Part shown: positions 1 through 12,935 of the stretch, in pieces
How the letters are laid out: every line of letters starts with the position of its first letter
How positions within the stretch are numbered: the first letter of the stretch is position 1
Assembly (NCBI GenBank): GCA_020184695.1
Contig: JAANOX010000039.1
Span: 1-64,000 of the forward strand
Origin: Histomonas meleagridis 2922-C6/04-290x
Taxonomy: Eukaryota > Protista > Parabasalia
Reading direction: 5' to 3'
Length of the DNA stretch: 64,000 bases
Program-made: the position numbers and the translations under genes
The notes under the pieces: model-generated
The model's database searches: none
Told to the model about the DNA's origin: nothing
Seen by the model: the letters and a program-made list of their open reading frames with translations, nothing else

Positions 1-179
1 ATTCCCCTGAAATGGAAATCGCAATGTAATTTGGTCAGTGATGTGATTGTTGCCCATCTGCACAATGAAAGCAGAATGCTGCAGAGCAAAGATAAAAAAA
101 ATTAACTTTGCACAGTTTTGATTTTGTGATGAAAAATTTCTCTCAAATGTCTGAAAAAAGAAAGTGAAAGTACCTTATT

Positions 180-2184
180 TTAAGAAGGTTTTGTTATATT
201 TGAACTCTTATGAGTATTTATGAATGAGTTTATGATTTTAAAATTTTTTAAATTAATGTTAATACTTTTTTGATCAAGAAGCATTCTAACTATTACTCGA
301 TGATTATTTTGGCATGCATTTATTAGTGCTGTTGTAAATTTCACAAATAAATTCCAAAAACAGATAATAAAACAAAAATATTGGAAAAAAATATCAAAAA
401 AAAATAATTTAATACTTTGAACATTGATATCTGTTCCTTCTTGTTCAATAAGTAATTTCACTATTTCCTTATGCCCATCCCAACTTGCAAGAATAAGTGC
501 TGTTTCAAAAAATTCCAACAAATTTTCAAAAATAACTTCGAACAAAACAAAATTAAATTACCAGAATTTAAATCAATTCCTTTTTGATCAAGAAGTAATT
601 TTACTATATCAAGCTCTTAACCTCCTTGTGATGCATACATAAGTGATGAAAAAAATAATGAATTTAAATATGAAGTTTAAAAGATTCGCATCAAAATAGA
701 GAAAAAATCATAGAAAACAAAGATTAAATATCTTTTGCATTTAAATCAATTCCTTTTTGTTCAAGAAGGTGTTTACAATATTAGTGTACCCCTTATAAAC
801 ATATATATACTTTTATTGAAAGGTTAAATAAATTTTAAAGATTAATAAAAAACATTTAATTGTTGATAATAACAAAAAAATAAAAAATATATCATTTTTA
901 GAATTAATATCAATTTTTCTTTGTTGAAGAAGTAATTGAGTTATTTCATATCCATATTGGGATGCAAGAATAGAGGCAGAGTATTAAATAATATAAAAAA
1001 AAATCCAAAAATAATATAGGAGGAAAAATTAAAAATATTATTATAAATTTTAAAATTAAAAATAAATATCTTTTCATTGATATCAATTCCTCCTTGTTTA
1101 AGTATATACATAACAAGATCAACATTTCCATATTTAATTGCATCAACTAAAAATCCACATGGAGCATAATTCTACAAAATATTTGTTTAATAACAAATTT
1201 CCATTTTTTATAGTTTCTTTTATTATTTCATCATTAATTTCTAAACCTTTTTCTTCTAAAAATGATAAAATTTCATAATTATTATATTTAATACATTTAA
1301 TTCCTAATTTAGTTAAATCTTTGTTTTTAATAATTTTCTTATCATAAAAATCATGAAAATATCATTTTATGAAATTTAATTGCTCTTTCATATACATCTT
1401 CAAATAATGAATTATTTTGTTCCATAAATGAATAATTTCTAAATTTTCCTCCTGCAATTGCATATTTTAATGTTTGATCTTAATCCTTTTTGGTCAATCT
1501 TTCTTAAAACAGACAAATAAATACCTAATAATGTTAATCGAACATTCTTTATTCAATAGTGTGATATCTTTCATAAAGTGATGGTTTAATAAATTGATAT
1601 TAAATTTCTTTTTAGAAGTTATTTTTTGAAATTTTTCTAAATCATCTTTTCGAATAATTTTGACAATTTTTAATAAATTAAATCCTTCTTGAACTAATTT
1701 TTTATGAAGACTCCAATCATTTTTCGATAAGTTATCAAAATTTTCAAAAAATCTTGATCAAATCGAATAGTTGGAATGGAGAGGGTTGCTTTAGTCTTTC
1801 AATTTCAAATTTTGTTTTGTAATGTGCAAAATAAAAAGTTGATTTATTTCTTATCAAATAAGGATTAATTAAACTTTGTTCAATTAGTTTTTCAAGAAGA
1901 TAATTTGATTCCTCTAAATTAGATTGCAAAGTTGTGAATATATCAATTATTTTATAAATATTTTTTTCTTTGTTAGCTTGAATTTTTTTTAATTATTTAA
2001 AGTATAAAAAGTGGTGTTTTATGCCTGTACAAAAAGATGCAAAAATCATCTGACTTATTATCAGAAAATATGAATATTCTATATTTGAATCAAATAAACT
2101 AATTGTTTCAAAAACTGATGAATTAATGTTTTGTTCACTCAAAGAAAAAACAATTTGTTCAATTTTTTGCAAAACATTCATCAA
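180..2184 (-). pseudogene. DUF3447-type ankyrin-repeat gene, fragmented (several frameshifts/stops), with spacer-interrupted C-terminal ANK repeats
   Basis: Fragments read across frames: LQKIEQIVFSLSEQNI, ESNYLLEKLIEQ, LSKNDWSLHKKLVQEG, KYAIAGG, then ANK units GIDINEK / GIDLNAKDI* / ETALILASWDGHKEIVKLLIEQEGTDINVQ. Same architecture as the loci at 20.8, 29.7 and 55.5 kb. Confidence 0.75.
333..729 (-). other. ANK-interrupting AT-rich spacers (D-to-T intervals 650-729, 80 nt; 504-555, 52 nt; 333-413, 81 nt)
   Basis: Counted between the INAKD-equivalent codon and the T of TAL on the minus strand. Confidence 0.7.
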
Positions 2185-3053
2185 AGGTTAGTGAACAGAA
2201 AAACGATCAACCAGAAAATGGGAAATTACCTCTCAAATTTATTAAACATTTTTTCAAAGGAAATGATGCTATTCTACTTTGCAATAGTTAAAAAAATTTC
2301 AAAAATTTATAAGTTATTTCTCTTTTCATCCTATCATGATGATTAATTTGTAAATGTTTTGACTTTTTAATTTTATTTGTGAGTTGGTAACTTCAAATCT
2401 GAAGATTTGTTATGATGTATACCTTCATCTCTATTTGTAAATGTGTTCTTGAGAATATTAGCATTTATGTTAAACATCATTGTAATGTTAAAAACATATG
2501 TCAGTTCAGTACAGTTCTTTTTGTAAGAAAATTTTGCAAAATTTCGTGCAAGAAGTTCTTTTCTGTCAAATCAATTTGAATAACGTTTACAATCTTTACA
2601 AAGCAAAGTTAATAAATATAATGCATAAAATTTCAATTTTTTTCTGCTTTCTCTTATAATACATAATCTTACACTAAAAATCTAAACATATTCGTTATTA
2701 ATACATCTTAAATTTATTCAATATTTTATATATTTTTTGAAGAGTAGTCGTCAATAATTTTAGCAAAGTATAAATTTTCAATAATTTTAAATGATTATTA
2801 AAATTATTGGAATATTTATTCACGTTAAAACAATATTCAAATTTTTTACTTTGATTAATGATCATCGTCAAAACCTTAACTTGACTTTATAAAGAAAAAA
2901 TGATCATTTTAGATTTTAAAAGCTATTAATTAATTGGTACTTAGCATTATTACTTTAAATTAACCAATAGATCATACCTCAGTATCTAAAACCTAAAATT
3001 TTGATTAACGGTTTTATAAACTTTTCAATTTTAAATCGGTTGAACAAATAGCT

Positions 3054-4527
3054 ATGGTTCTTCAAGATCTCGGCGAGAAAACTTTTGAAGGGTTCAACAA
3101 ATTGTAATACAAGAAAGTTGATGACACCTTTTTCCAAGCAGTTTATTCGAAATTGTTGCTGCTCTTAAAGGAAGCTGATGTTAATCAAAATGACCTAATA
3201 GTAAAATTTATGAAAGACATTACCAGCAAAGTCAAAATCAATGAACTACCGCCAGGCGTTTCTCCCCGTAACATAATTGAGCGTGAAGTATTAAATGCAC
3301 TTGTAACCATAGTTGATCCTAAAACTGAAACCTTTCCAACTGTAACCAAAGGTCGCACCAATGTATACATGATGGTTGGTCTTCAAGGTGATGGTAAGAC
3401 TACGACATGACACCAAACTCCCGGAAACTTCCTAAACGTCGAGGATGGAGAGAGTCGGTGTCATTGGAGCCGATACCTTCCGAGCTGGCGCACGTGAGCA
3501 GCTTATGCAGGGTGCGTTTACAAGCCAATATTCCATATTATCTTGATTTGAATAATAATAGTCAGTGAAATTTCCTTAGCAGGCTTAGCCAAGTTCAAAA
3601 GGAAATTTGATCTTATTTATAGTTGATACCAGTGGTCGTCACATGCAAGTCCCAACTTTTTGCCGAGAAATACAGCAACTCGAGATGCCATCAACTGACG
3701 AAGTTATCTTGTTTGGATGGCACCATTGGCTCATCAATGCGAATACAGCTCGTGCGTTCTCCAAAGCAGTTAGTGTTGGATCAATAATTGTGACCAAATT
3801 AGACTCAGATGCTAAAGGAGGCGGTGCGTTATCCGCAGTTGCAGCCACAGGTTCACCCATTTCATTTTATGGCACAGGGGAAGGCATTGATTCATTAGAA
3901 GTCTTTGATGCGAAAAGTTTCATCTCTCGAATGTTAGGCTTTGGCGATGTTATGGCATTTGCGCGGAAGATGGAAGAGATTGACATGGACAAACAAAAGG
4001 AAATTGCGCAACGAATCCTCGTGTACTTTACATTCAAAGGAAATGTATCAACAATATCAAACTGTGTTAGAAATGGGCGACTTATCGGCACAGTAGATAC
4101 TATGGGCATTTAGCATTATATGCCACGGGTGATCTCCTCGTGAGATATGTCGGACAACGTGAAGCGGATGTTGTACGTAATGGACTCAATGACGGACGAA
4201 AAGTGGAGAACCCGATTCTCCTTCGAGAAGAGAACCGAAGAAAGAATCGCACGAGGATGCGGAATGCCATTGGTCTTCGTGCAATGCAGCCAATCGAGAG
4301 CAAAAGCGTATTGCAAAGATGTTCTCAAAGATGAGCAAGCCAATGCTAGAGCAGCTGATACAAATGGACCAAAACCCCAACTCGCTAAACGAGATCAATC
4401 AAACAAACTAGGAAGCATGTCAAGGGCAATGGACCCGAAGATGCTGCAGCAGTTGAGCGGAGTGACTGGACTGTCGAACTTGATGAAGAAGAGTATGGCA
4501 GCATCGAAGATGAACACTGGGAAATAA
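3054..4527 (+). pseudogene. SRP54: Signal recognition particle 54 kDa subunit, with multiple frameshifts/stops (pseudogene or low-quality consensus)
   Basis: MVLQDLGEK start, [77 protein letters not shown], and Met-rich M-domain tail ending at TAA 4525-4527. Motifs are distributed over different frames. Confidence 0.9.
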
Positions 4528-4559
4528 TGAATTGACTAAAAAATTTATTATGAATTTAC

Positions 4560-4965
4560 AAATTTGGAATTGTGACAGAAATTAAAAATGTAATTATACA
4601 ATCAAATTGCGATTTTAATATTCGCAATGTTATCAACTTAACAATAGATTTAGGATTGGATGAATTAACACTTTGAAATTTTGGCAATTCCAATATGGAA
4701 TTCGGAATTGTGGCAGAAATTAAAAATGTAATTATACGTATCAAATTGAGATTTTAATATTCGCATCTATAGACTTAGGATTGAATTAACACTGTGAAAT
4801 TTGTATTCAAATGTAAGTTAGGGTGTGACTGAAATTAAAAATGTCATCCCATTCACATCGGGTCGCGATTATAAAAATTAAACTTTTATAAATACATTGC
4901 TCAAAATTTGAATGTTATCAAGTTCAACTAGCGGCTTAGGATTGGACGAATTAACCCTTTCCGAT
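4560..4965. repeat. Degenerate tandem repeat, ~138-nt unit, ~3 copies; possible BspA/TpLRR remnant on minus strand
   Basis: GGAATTGTGRCAGAAATTAAAAATGTAATTATAC at 4566 and 4704, degenerate at ~4821; TTAGGATTG..GAATTAAC recurs three times. Minus frame reads LISVTIPN/LISATIPNS; 138 nt = 2 x 23 codons. Confidence 0.55.
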
Positions 4966-5209
4966 TTTGGTTTTTAATTTATGGAAAACTTGGAGTATTT
5001 TGTGGTCATCCGAGCTGCCGTGATTTTTTTTTCTTAAAAGTTATAATGCAATAATACACATTGGCAAAAATTTTTACTTTCACAAAAAAAATTGGAAAAG
5101 ATGATATATATTTTTTAGAGGAATCTTATGACAAAAATTATTGTTTCAACAACCCTTTGGTTAGAGCATTTTCATTGAAATAAAAGAGACATTTGATGTA
5201 AAATAAAGG

Positions 5210-5230
5210 AGCGGTTTTGGTCGAACCTTT
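5210..5230 (+). promoter_or_regulatory. M3-like (AGCGGTTT) + TGGTC + M5-like (CCTTT) core promoter of RPS2
   Basis: AGCGGTTTTGGTCGAACCTTT ends 6 nt before ATG 5237; near-identical motif upstream of RPS26. Confidence 0.6.
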
Positions 5231-5236
5231 ACGAAG

Positions 5237-5745
5237 ATGTCTGAAGTTCAACAACAAAATGCTGAACAACGCCGTGGCGGACTGCGTGGTCGCTACAACG
5301 CGAACGTCCCACAACGTAAATACACAGAACAGAGGCGGTAAAGATAGTGGCAACCCAAAGAGAATTCAGTGGGTCGTTTAGTTGCTTCTGGTCGTAATCC
5401 ACTTTCCATCGAACAAATCTACCTTCATGCAATGCCAATTAAAGAACCAGAAATTATTGATGCACTCTCAGGTGATAGTCTCTTAAAGGATGAAAGTGAG
5501 TGAGATCATACCCAGTTCAGAAACAAACACGTGCCGGTCAACGCACACGCTTTAAGGCAGTTGTTGCTGTTGGTGATTATGATGGACATGTTGGTCTTGG
5601 TATTAAGACATCTGCCGAAGTTGCCAATGCCATCAAAGGTGCTCTTATTTATGCAAAGCTTTCTATTCTCCCAGTTCGTCGTGGTTATTGGGGTAACAAG
5701 ATCGGTCAACCACACACTGTTCCAAATACAGTTATTTTAATTTAA
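5237..5745 (+). pseudogene. RPS2: 40S ribosomal protein S2 (uS5), frameshifted and 3'-truncated
   Basis: [85 protein letters not shown]; homology then stops abruptly at AT-rich sequence ~5735. Confidence 0.88.
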
Positions 5746-6021
5746 ATTTTAATTTGTAATTATATGCAAGAATTTTAATTCGCAACTTTTTATTGAAAAT
5801 CCCAATAACCAAATAGTTGGTCGTGCAAATGTAGGCCAACATTTCGCATTGCCAGTTAAGAATTCTTATTTTTGAAAAATTTGAAAATCGTGGTATCATA
5901 AGAAGCCAGACGATGTGTGATTAAAATCCTTTTCTTTGGAACTAACCGACCCAAGAATTAACCCAAAAAGATGATTAGAATTGGCGTTAAAATTTCCACA
6001 GAAAGTTCTGATTTAGTCAAA

Positions 6022-6590
6022 TCATTTTGATTGGAATCTCAAAATAATCGTCAACGATTGAATTTTAAACGCAGGCAAAGATGTCAGGAGGGGAGCCTCT
6101 TGTAATTCTTCAGCCATTGCTTTGCGTTGGGATTGTCCCATAATAGTCTGGAGTGTACACAGATATAAGCCCATATATCTTGTTGCCATCAGCTCTGTCG
6201 ACATTAAGGTTAATCCTCCTCTCCACTCAACTTACGAAACGTATTTTGAAAAACCACTAGGCTTGCAACCAAGATGCACAGGGAAATGATCAGCACTTCT
6301 CCAGCCTCCGAAGTGATGACATAATACAATTGGTATTTGAGCTTCAGCAACTACTTGTTGAACAATATGCCAAAATTCTTGTTTATTTTCATCATTAAAA
6401 TCTTCCAAGTTGTTTGAAATAGCGTCGATTGGAATTTCTCTTCGAGTTCTGATAATAATATGTGCTCTTCCTTGATAAGCATTTGCAATGGCTATAAAAT
6501 GTTCGGATTCAAATAAAATGCAATCATCATTGTAATTTAATACGTTTCTTTTTTGATTGTTATTATTTTGTTTTTCCTGTTCATTGCTCA
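6022..6590 (-). pseudogene. Degraded ORF of unknown function (no clear start, one in-frame stop)
   Basis: Long single-frame reading (..EQEKQNNNNQKRNVLNYNDDCILFESEHF..FWHIVQQVVAEAQIPIVLCHHFGGWRSADHFPVHLG..SKYVS*VEWRGG..) continuing into ORF 6022-6204. Confidence 0.35.
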
Positions 6591-6686
6591 GAACCTGACA
6601 AACTTAGTCAAAATTTGTTTTGGAAAGTCTGTCAAAAATACAAACAGAGTTTGTTAATTCATACGAACAAAGTTTAGTCAATTTTT

Positions 6687-6702
6687 CGTTCTGGTCCCCT
6701 TT
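6687..6702 (+). promoter_or_regulatory. TGGTC + M5-like (CCTTT) element of RPS23
   Basis: CGTTCTGGTCCCCTTT ends 6 nt before ATG 6709. Confidence 0.5.
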
Positions 6703-6708
6703 CTGAAA

Positions 6709-7149
6709 ATGGGTAAATCCAAAGCCTGTGGAAGGCAAGCAGCTCGTAAACTTCGAGTTGCTCACAGAAATAACCTCTGGGCAAGTAAAAAATATCGCAA
6801 GAGGCAAAGTACAACAATCTATAAGACACCATTAGAAGGTGTTGCTATGGCTTCAGGTATTGTGACACAAAAGGTTGCTGTAGAAGCTAAACAACCAAAC
6901 TCTGCTATCCGTAAAGCAGTTCGTGTTCAACTTAAGAAAAATAGCAAAGTTATCACTGCATTTGTACCACGTGATGGTTCCCTTCGTTTGATAGATGATA
7001 ATGACCGTGTTCTTGTTGCTGGTCTTGGTCGTTCAAATCGTTCTGTTGGTGATCTTCCAGGAGTTCGTTTCCAAGTTATCAAAGTTGCTGGTTTCTCTCT
7101 TCTTGCCTTATGGCTCGGAAAGAAAGAAAAAGCCAAGGGAGCTAAATAA
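6709..7149 (+). CDS. RPS23: 40S ribosomal protein S23 (uS12)
   Basis: [41 protein letters not shown]; intact 146 aa. Confidence 0.97.
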   Translation: MGKSKACGRQAARKLRVAHRNNLWASKKYRKRQSTTIYKTPLEGVAMASGIVTQKVAVEAKQPNSAIRKAVRVQLKKNSKVITAFVPRDGSLRLIDDNDRVLVAGLGRSNRSVGDLPGVRFQVIKVAGFSLLALWLGKKEKAKGAK

Positions 7150-7541
7150 ACATTTTCTTTTTCCATTCTCCTATAATAGGGAAAATTTTCGATCAGAAAA
7201 ACACATGCTTTCGATTCTTAAATGGAGGAAAACTGCGTATAAAAAGTAAACAATCCGATACAGAAATGCGCTATAATTCTATTCAAGGAATTCCTTCAGT
7301 TGAAACTTTGGAAAAAATTACTAAACCAAAAAAGTGACGCCATGTATTGTTCAAATGACCAATGACAAATTTTCCAAAAAACATGTCACAATAATGCTTT
7401 TCTGAGTTTTATGCCATGGCAACGAATCCACAGAACATGTCACTTGTTGACATTTCCACTTTTGAATGAGTGTATAATTTTCCCGATTCAATATTTCACT
7501 AGACTATATCGGTTATTTCAATTAAATTAAAATCAGAAAAC

Positions 7542-7859
7542 ATGGGAAGAAGAGGAAATAAGTGGAACCACATCAAATCGATAACAGTTACCATTGGGGA
7601 TTGTGTTGTCATAATCCCTTTGAATGATAATGAGAAAATATCTGATCGTATATCTGCAAATAGAGATTTACAAATGATGGGTAAAGCAATCAAAAATGAT
7701 AGAAATATATTGAACCAACAAACCATTCCTATAGAACAACTAGAAAACGCACCAGTTACAGAAGACCCAGATGTTAATTTTGATTTATTTGCACAAGATA
7801 TGACTCCGGCCGAATTTGTTCCTTGGGATGATGACTTTTACTTTGGTATGGATTTATAA
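7542..7859 (+). CDS. Hypothetical protein (105 aa, acidic C-terminus)
   Basis: Intact ATG ORF with coding-like composition; no recognised domain. Confidence 0.7.
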   Translation: MGRRGNKWNHIKSITVTIGDCVVIIPLNDNEKISDRISANRDLQMMGKAIKNDRNILNQQTIPIEQLENAPVTEDPDVNFDLFAQDMTPAEFVPWDDDFYFGMDL

Positions 7860-8291
7860 TTGTTATATGATAATAATTTATTAAAATTTTTCTATCCACA
7901 ACTATAGTTAATTAAAATTTGAGATATTTAATCATTTGCAATCAAAAGCAGTTGCTTAGTACTTATTTTTTTAGTTTAAGCTTTCATTTTCAAATTTTAA
8001 TTTTCATAAATATGAAATTAATCAAATACACGAATATTAATCCAATGCCTTAGGTTTCAAACGCGAGAACTATTATTAGTAAGACGAGAAATTATGAATA
8101 GATTCGGGGAAAAAAAGAAGAAAACCCAATGATTTACTCTTATTTAACCTACTTTTTGTACATGAAAACCGATAAATCATAAAACATTTGAGTTATTGAA
8201 CGATTAAATATGACGTTCAGTCAATAAAGATTTTGAGGGGAACGTTCATTCAAATTTAATCACTCATAGCACAACACAAATATCGCTTCAC

Positions 8292-9656
8292 ATGTTTCAC
8301 CGCGTATACGTCAAAGGTACACTTGGTAGAACTGAAACAGCTAACCTTTATGTTATAGTTCAGTGTAAAATTAAACACTATACTTTTTATGTCGGACAAA
8401 CACAAACTATCAAAAGTGCAAATCCAAAATGGGATGAAGATATGGAACATCCATTTATAGTGCCTTCTTACGCAGCACAAGAAATCGAATTCATATTAGT
8501 TAAGCATAATATGGTTTTAAAAGATGAAAATCTTTCAACATGTTCATTTTTCATTGGCAATAATCAACCAAATAATGATGTTGATCTCACACTTTGTGAG
8601 GGATCTCTTAGAGTTCATGTTAATGTTGGAGCTCAACCAATTAGGATCAATCAAACATTTAGTCCATCAAAAGGCAGTATTTATGCAATTTCCACCATTC
8701 CTATAGTTTTATGTGGTTTCAACAAGAAGACAGGTCTTGCTACATTTGATGATTGGGAGGATGTTTTTCAAAATACATATCGACTTTCAAAGATTAATCC
8801 CGATATTACATACCATCCAATTTTAAACATAGATCCCAACCAACCTCCATCCAATGGTTCCATTTGGCTGATCTGTTCCCCAGAATTACCCAAAGGAGAT
8901 ATTCTTTCATTTGACCCAAAGGAGAAGCCTGTCATCATTGATCAGCGTCAGCTTCAAATCCAGTTCAATCCAGACAGTCCAACCTGCACGTTTGGTTTTT
9001 CATATGAATTTACAGATAAAGAAGTTGTTGTCAAAAACGTCCCAGTTCTTTACCAAGAGCCCTACACCAAGCTTGAGCAATTTGCGCAAGTTATTTCCAA
9101 TAGTCCATTATTCCATATTCGCCAATATTTCACACCTCATCAAGTGTATCCAATAACATCCGAATGGGTCACGATCCGAACCAACTTCCAAGGCCCCATC
9201 GATTATTTATTTTTCACTGATGGCAAATGGCTTAATTCACAAGAAAGTACTCAACATACGCAATATTTAGTTTCTAATCGGATTAAAATTGTTCACAACA
9301 AAAAGAAAGATCAAAAGATATCAATTTCGCCTAATATTTTTAAGGATTTTAACAAATATGTTATGTTCATTCTTCGTTTCGAAGGAAAATTACCACAAAA
9401 CAAATTCACGTTGGTGATAAAAGGAGACAAAGATCAATCGGGCCATAAAAGAGAGTTGTTCTGCGCGCCGCCAATACCTGACACGGGGAATCAGAACCTT
9501 ATGCTGGGATACTTCACAATGAAAGACGACAAAATAATGTTCGCAGCTGAATGGGAATTCATGGACAATTTGGGATTGAAGAACAAAATGGGTATGATAT
9601 CTCTGTTCGAAATGAAGAAGATAATGGACGCATGGATGGATAAAAATGCAATTTAA
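8292..9656 (+). CDS. C2-domain-containing protein
   Basis: N-terminal YVIVQCK..QTQTIKSANPKWDE..IEFILVKHNMVLKDENLSTC is C2-like; intact 454 aa. Confidence 0.7.
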   Translation: MFHRVYVKGTLGRTETANLYVIVQCKIKHYTFYVGQTQTIKSANPKWDEDMEHPFIVPSYAAQEIEFILVKHNMVLKDENLSTCSFFIGNNQPNNDVDLTLCEGSLRVHVNVGAQPIRINQTFSPSKGSIYAISTIPIVLCGFNKKTGLATFDDWEDVFQNTYRLSKINPDITYHPILNIDPNQPPSNGSIWLICSPELPKGDILSFDPKEKPVIIDQRQLQIQFNPDSPTCTFGFSYEFTDKEVVVKNVPVLYQEPYTKLEQFAQVISNSPLFHIRQYFTPHQVYPITSEWVTIRTNFQGPIDYLFFTDGKWLNSQESTQHTQYLVSNRIKIVHNKKKDQKISISPNIFKDFNKYVMFILRFEGKLPQNKFTLVIKGDKDQSGHKRELFCAPPIPDTGNQNLMLGYFTMKDDKIMFAAEWEFMDNLGLKNKMGMISLFEMKKIMDAWMDKNAI

Positions 9657-11083
9657 GTAAATGATTTAATGTGTTTTTGATCGCAGAAAATGAGATATGA
9701 GAAAGTCGAAGAAGTAAAACATTTATGAGCGAATTATTTATGTCGCATCGCTAATGTTTTCGGATACGTTCCAATTATTATGATGATAAAGAAGCATTAA
9801 ACATCGCATTTTAGAAATATCGAAGAAGGTTTCAGCTATTCAAGCAGTAATAACATCAGTAACAGGATAATGCTTTTCTGAACACAATCAATTACATCGA
9901 AGTTATTAATTAAAGCTGTTTCACTATAGATCATCTTGTCAGCGATTTGATTAATATCATCAAATGATTAAATGCGTGAAATAGTAACCGGATTAATTAA
10001 AATGTATTATAATTCTTTGACGCGTGAACAAGGATTAGAAATAATTAATTACATCCAAAACTTGAATCGTCTTGGCTACTCATCCGGATGACTTGCAATT
10101 GGCACCTGTCTAATATGCGCCACCGCTAAACACTGCAAAAACTTGCCCTAGTGATCAAATCGCACTCAGACGTTATCCCAAATTAACATTATAGTTCATG
10201 CCATTATGCTTGTCTGAAAAAAATGTCAATTCCCATTATCGCATAATTAATTTGAAATTCCATGTGTTTGAATTAAAATATGAGTTCCCATTTAACAAAA
10301 GAAAAAATGTAAAATCATCAAGGAAATCATGCTGGCATATATTTGGTCATAAAAGATAGCTAAAATGCACAAATGAAGCAATATTGGTAGTTTTTTTGTG
10401 ATGTTTATCATCACTGAAGTCATCTTTGACTTCTTCGACATTTCCATTACCTATTGTATCAAATAGTCAACTTCTTGATTTGGTTGTCGTCCATGAACAA
10501 ATTATACGATGCCTAAATCAATTAGATCTGATATAAGATTCCATTTTATAAATAATGGCATAATTGATTAATTAAAAGGAAATGTGAATATGTTACATGA
10601 AGGTTAAAGAGCGGTATTGAATTAAATTTCAAAGTATTTAGATAGTGGTTAGATTTACATGTTTATTTTGATATTATATATTAAATTATCTGAAAATGTG
10701 GAATTGTCTGTGAAATGCATTGTGTAAATCACTTAAATAATACGTTAATCTCTCAAAAATACACCGGAAATTTATGGGTAATTATGCGTTTTTTCTCAAA
10801 ATATTTTGACATGTTGTCAATGACCATTTTCGTTCGTTTGGGATAATTTTTACAAACAATAACCGTAAGTTTACACAATGTTTATTAATGAATGTTTCCA
10901 ATTATATGTACATCATATAATCATCATATTGGAAAATATTAGTAAACATATTCCATTTTTAATAAATTATAAATTAATCTATCTTTTATTTTGATTATAT
11001 TAAGATATTATTATTTTACCAAAAAAATAAAAACATCACCAATACAACTTTTTGATAATAGGTCCCACAAATTTGAGAAGTTT

Positions 11084-11863
11084 ATGAAACTCTTGACCAC
11101 ACCCTTTCAGGAGGATCTTGTAATGTCAGTTGTTACACCTCACCCAAGTATATACCGTGTTTCTTGCTATGGTTGTGGTCAGATGTATGTAAGGCGTGCA
11201 GAAACTGATAAATGCCCATTTTGTGGACGAACTACCATCAAATACTATGAATGTAAGTGTGCAAATTGCGGCCACATCGTAACTGTCAATTCATTTGATG
11301 ATGCCTGCAAATATTGTGCAGCAAGAGGCAAATGGACACAAGGTACTTACAATGGTAAAGTATTCAAATACGCTGTTATTCCAAAACAAGTCATTCCTGA
11401 TGAAACTACGGTTATTACAACATATATAACAGAAGAGCAACCACCACCTCCACCAGTTAAAACAACCAAAACAACATATATCACAACAAAACCAGCAACA
11501 TCTACATCAACCACAAAGACAACATATGTTACCACAAAGCCAGCCACAACATCTACAACAAAGACAACATATGTAACGACAAAACCATCAACATCTACAT
11601 CAACTACAACAAGAACTTATGTTACTTCAAATCCATCAACATCTACAACAACAACGACGTATGTTACTCCAATGCCAACAAAGTCATCGACAACTAAGAC
11701 AACATATGTTACCACAACTCCAGGAACAACTACCACAACTACAAAAACCACTACAACTACTACTACTACTACAAACGGTGGAAAGCCTTCAGGTCAAAAG
11801 GTAGAATTCAAGTTTGATATGGGAGAAAGAGAAGGTCCTTCTCCAGACTGCTTCATTGCTTAA
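11084..11863 (+). CDS. Cys-rich (four CxxC) / Thr-rich repeat protein with C-terminal CaaX-like motif (CFIA)
   Basis: CYGC, CPFC, CANC, CKYC; ~13-aa TTKTTYVTTKP repeats; ends PSPDCFIA*. Start is ATG 11084 or 11123 (the ORF-track TTG start is unlikely). Confidence 0.8.
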   Translation: MKLLTTPFQEDLVMSVVTPHPSIYRVSCYGCGQMYVRRAETDKCPFCGRTTIKYYECKCANCGHIVTVNSFDDACKYCAARGKWTQGTYNGKVFKYAVIPKQVIPDETTVITTYITEEQPPPPPVKTTKTTYITTKPATSTSTTKTTYVTTKPATTSTTKTTYVTTKPSTSTSTTTRTYVTSNPSTSTTTTTYVTPMPTKSSTTKTTYVTTTPGTTTTTTKTTTTTTTTTNGGKPSGQKVEFKFDMGEREGPSPDCFIA

Positions 11864-12935
11864 ACGTATTCTATTAGAAAAAGTTTTTTTAACTTTTTTG
11901 AATAAAAAGTGTCATTTATGTTTTGACTAAACAAAATTCTATACAACGATAGAATTTTTCTGACAAACTTTTTTTTTGATGATTACCCATTTTATTCAAG
12001 TTTTGGAGGATTAGTATTATAGATACAGTTTTAATAATGACACCAATAATTTTATAACTTCGTTTTTAATGTGATTTATTTCTCCATATCATTACATAAG
12101 TAATTTCATTTCATTGATTCTTGCTTTAATATATGTAATGAAATTTTGTAAGCAAGGCTTGTTCAGACACGTAGGTCTTCCAGAATTAAGTGGAATTTTT
12201 TTATGTTATGTTAAATGATTTCTTATTATCAAATTTTGTCGGAACCTTAATTTTATAAGGTTAAATATGTTGGTATTGTTTGATTTTTCAATCTGAATTA
12301 ATTTTTGGATCAATTTCCTTTTAATTTTTTCATGTGCATCATAATTATCATGTTTATTTTTAAAACAAAAATATTTTTAACTAAAATTTAATCAATTAAA
12401 TAAATTCTTAAATGTCTTGTTTTTCTGATCCATAACATTTTATTTTCATGAAAGTATGGTGTGTCTAATTCAAAATTATGGTTTTTGAGAAACTGGGATA
12501 AATTATCAATTTAATCATCAATCTATTTACTTGTCTAATGGACACCTCAATATAAAAAAATGGCCTTTTCATTTTTTCTGGTTTTAAAAAAAAATAAACA
12601 TAAACTAGAGTTATCCACTTAATGAAAATCTTGAATATATTTCAATAGACATTAATTTCTTTATTGATAATAATACTATATATCAAAATACATTATAATC
12701 AGTATTTATTTCCATCATTTTAAACAAAAACTTTTTTTTGATGTAAATGGTTGTTGTAATATTTATCACCATCCTTTATATTATTCAATTTTACTAATAC
12801 ATATGAAAAAGTTTTATTTTTATGTTTAATTTTCTGCCTAATATATTAATTTTAATTTTCATTAAAAAATCATTTTTTTCTTTCAACTTTTATATAATCA
12901 AATATGATAAAACTAATTCTAAATTTATTCCAATT

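Noticed and set aside
9790-10520. Coding-like fragments on the minus strand in the intergenic region
   Set aside because: Short frames broken by many stops and no recognisable motif; may be an old pseudogene but cannot be supported.
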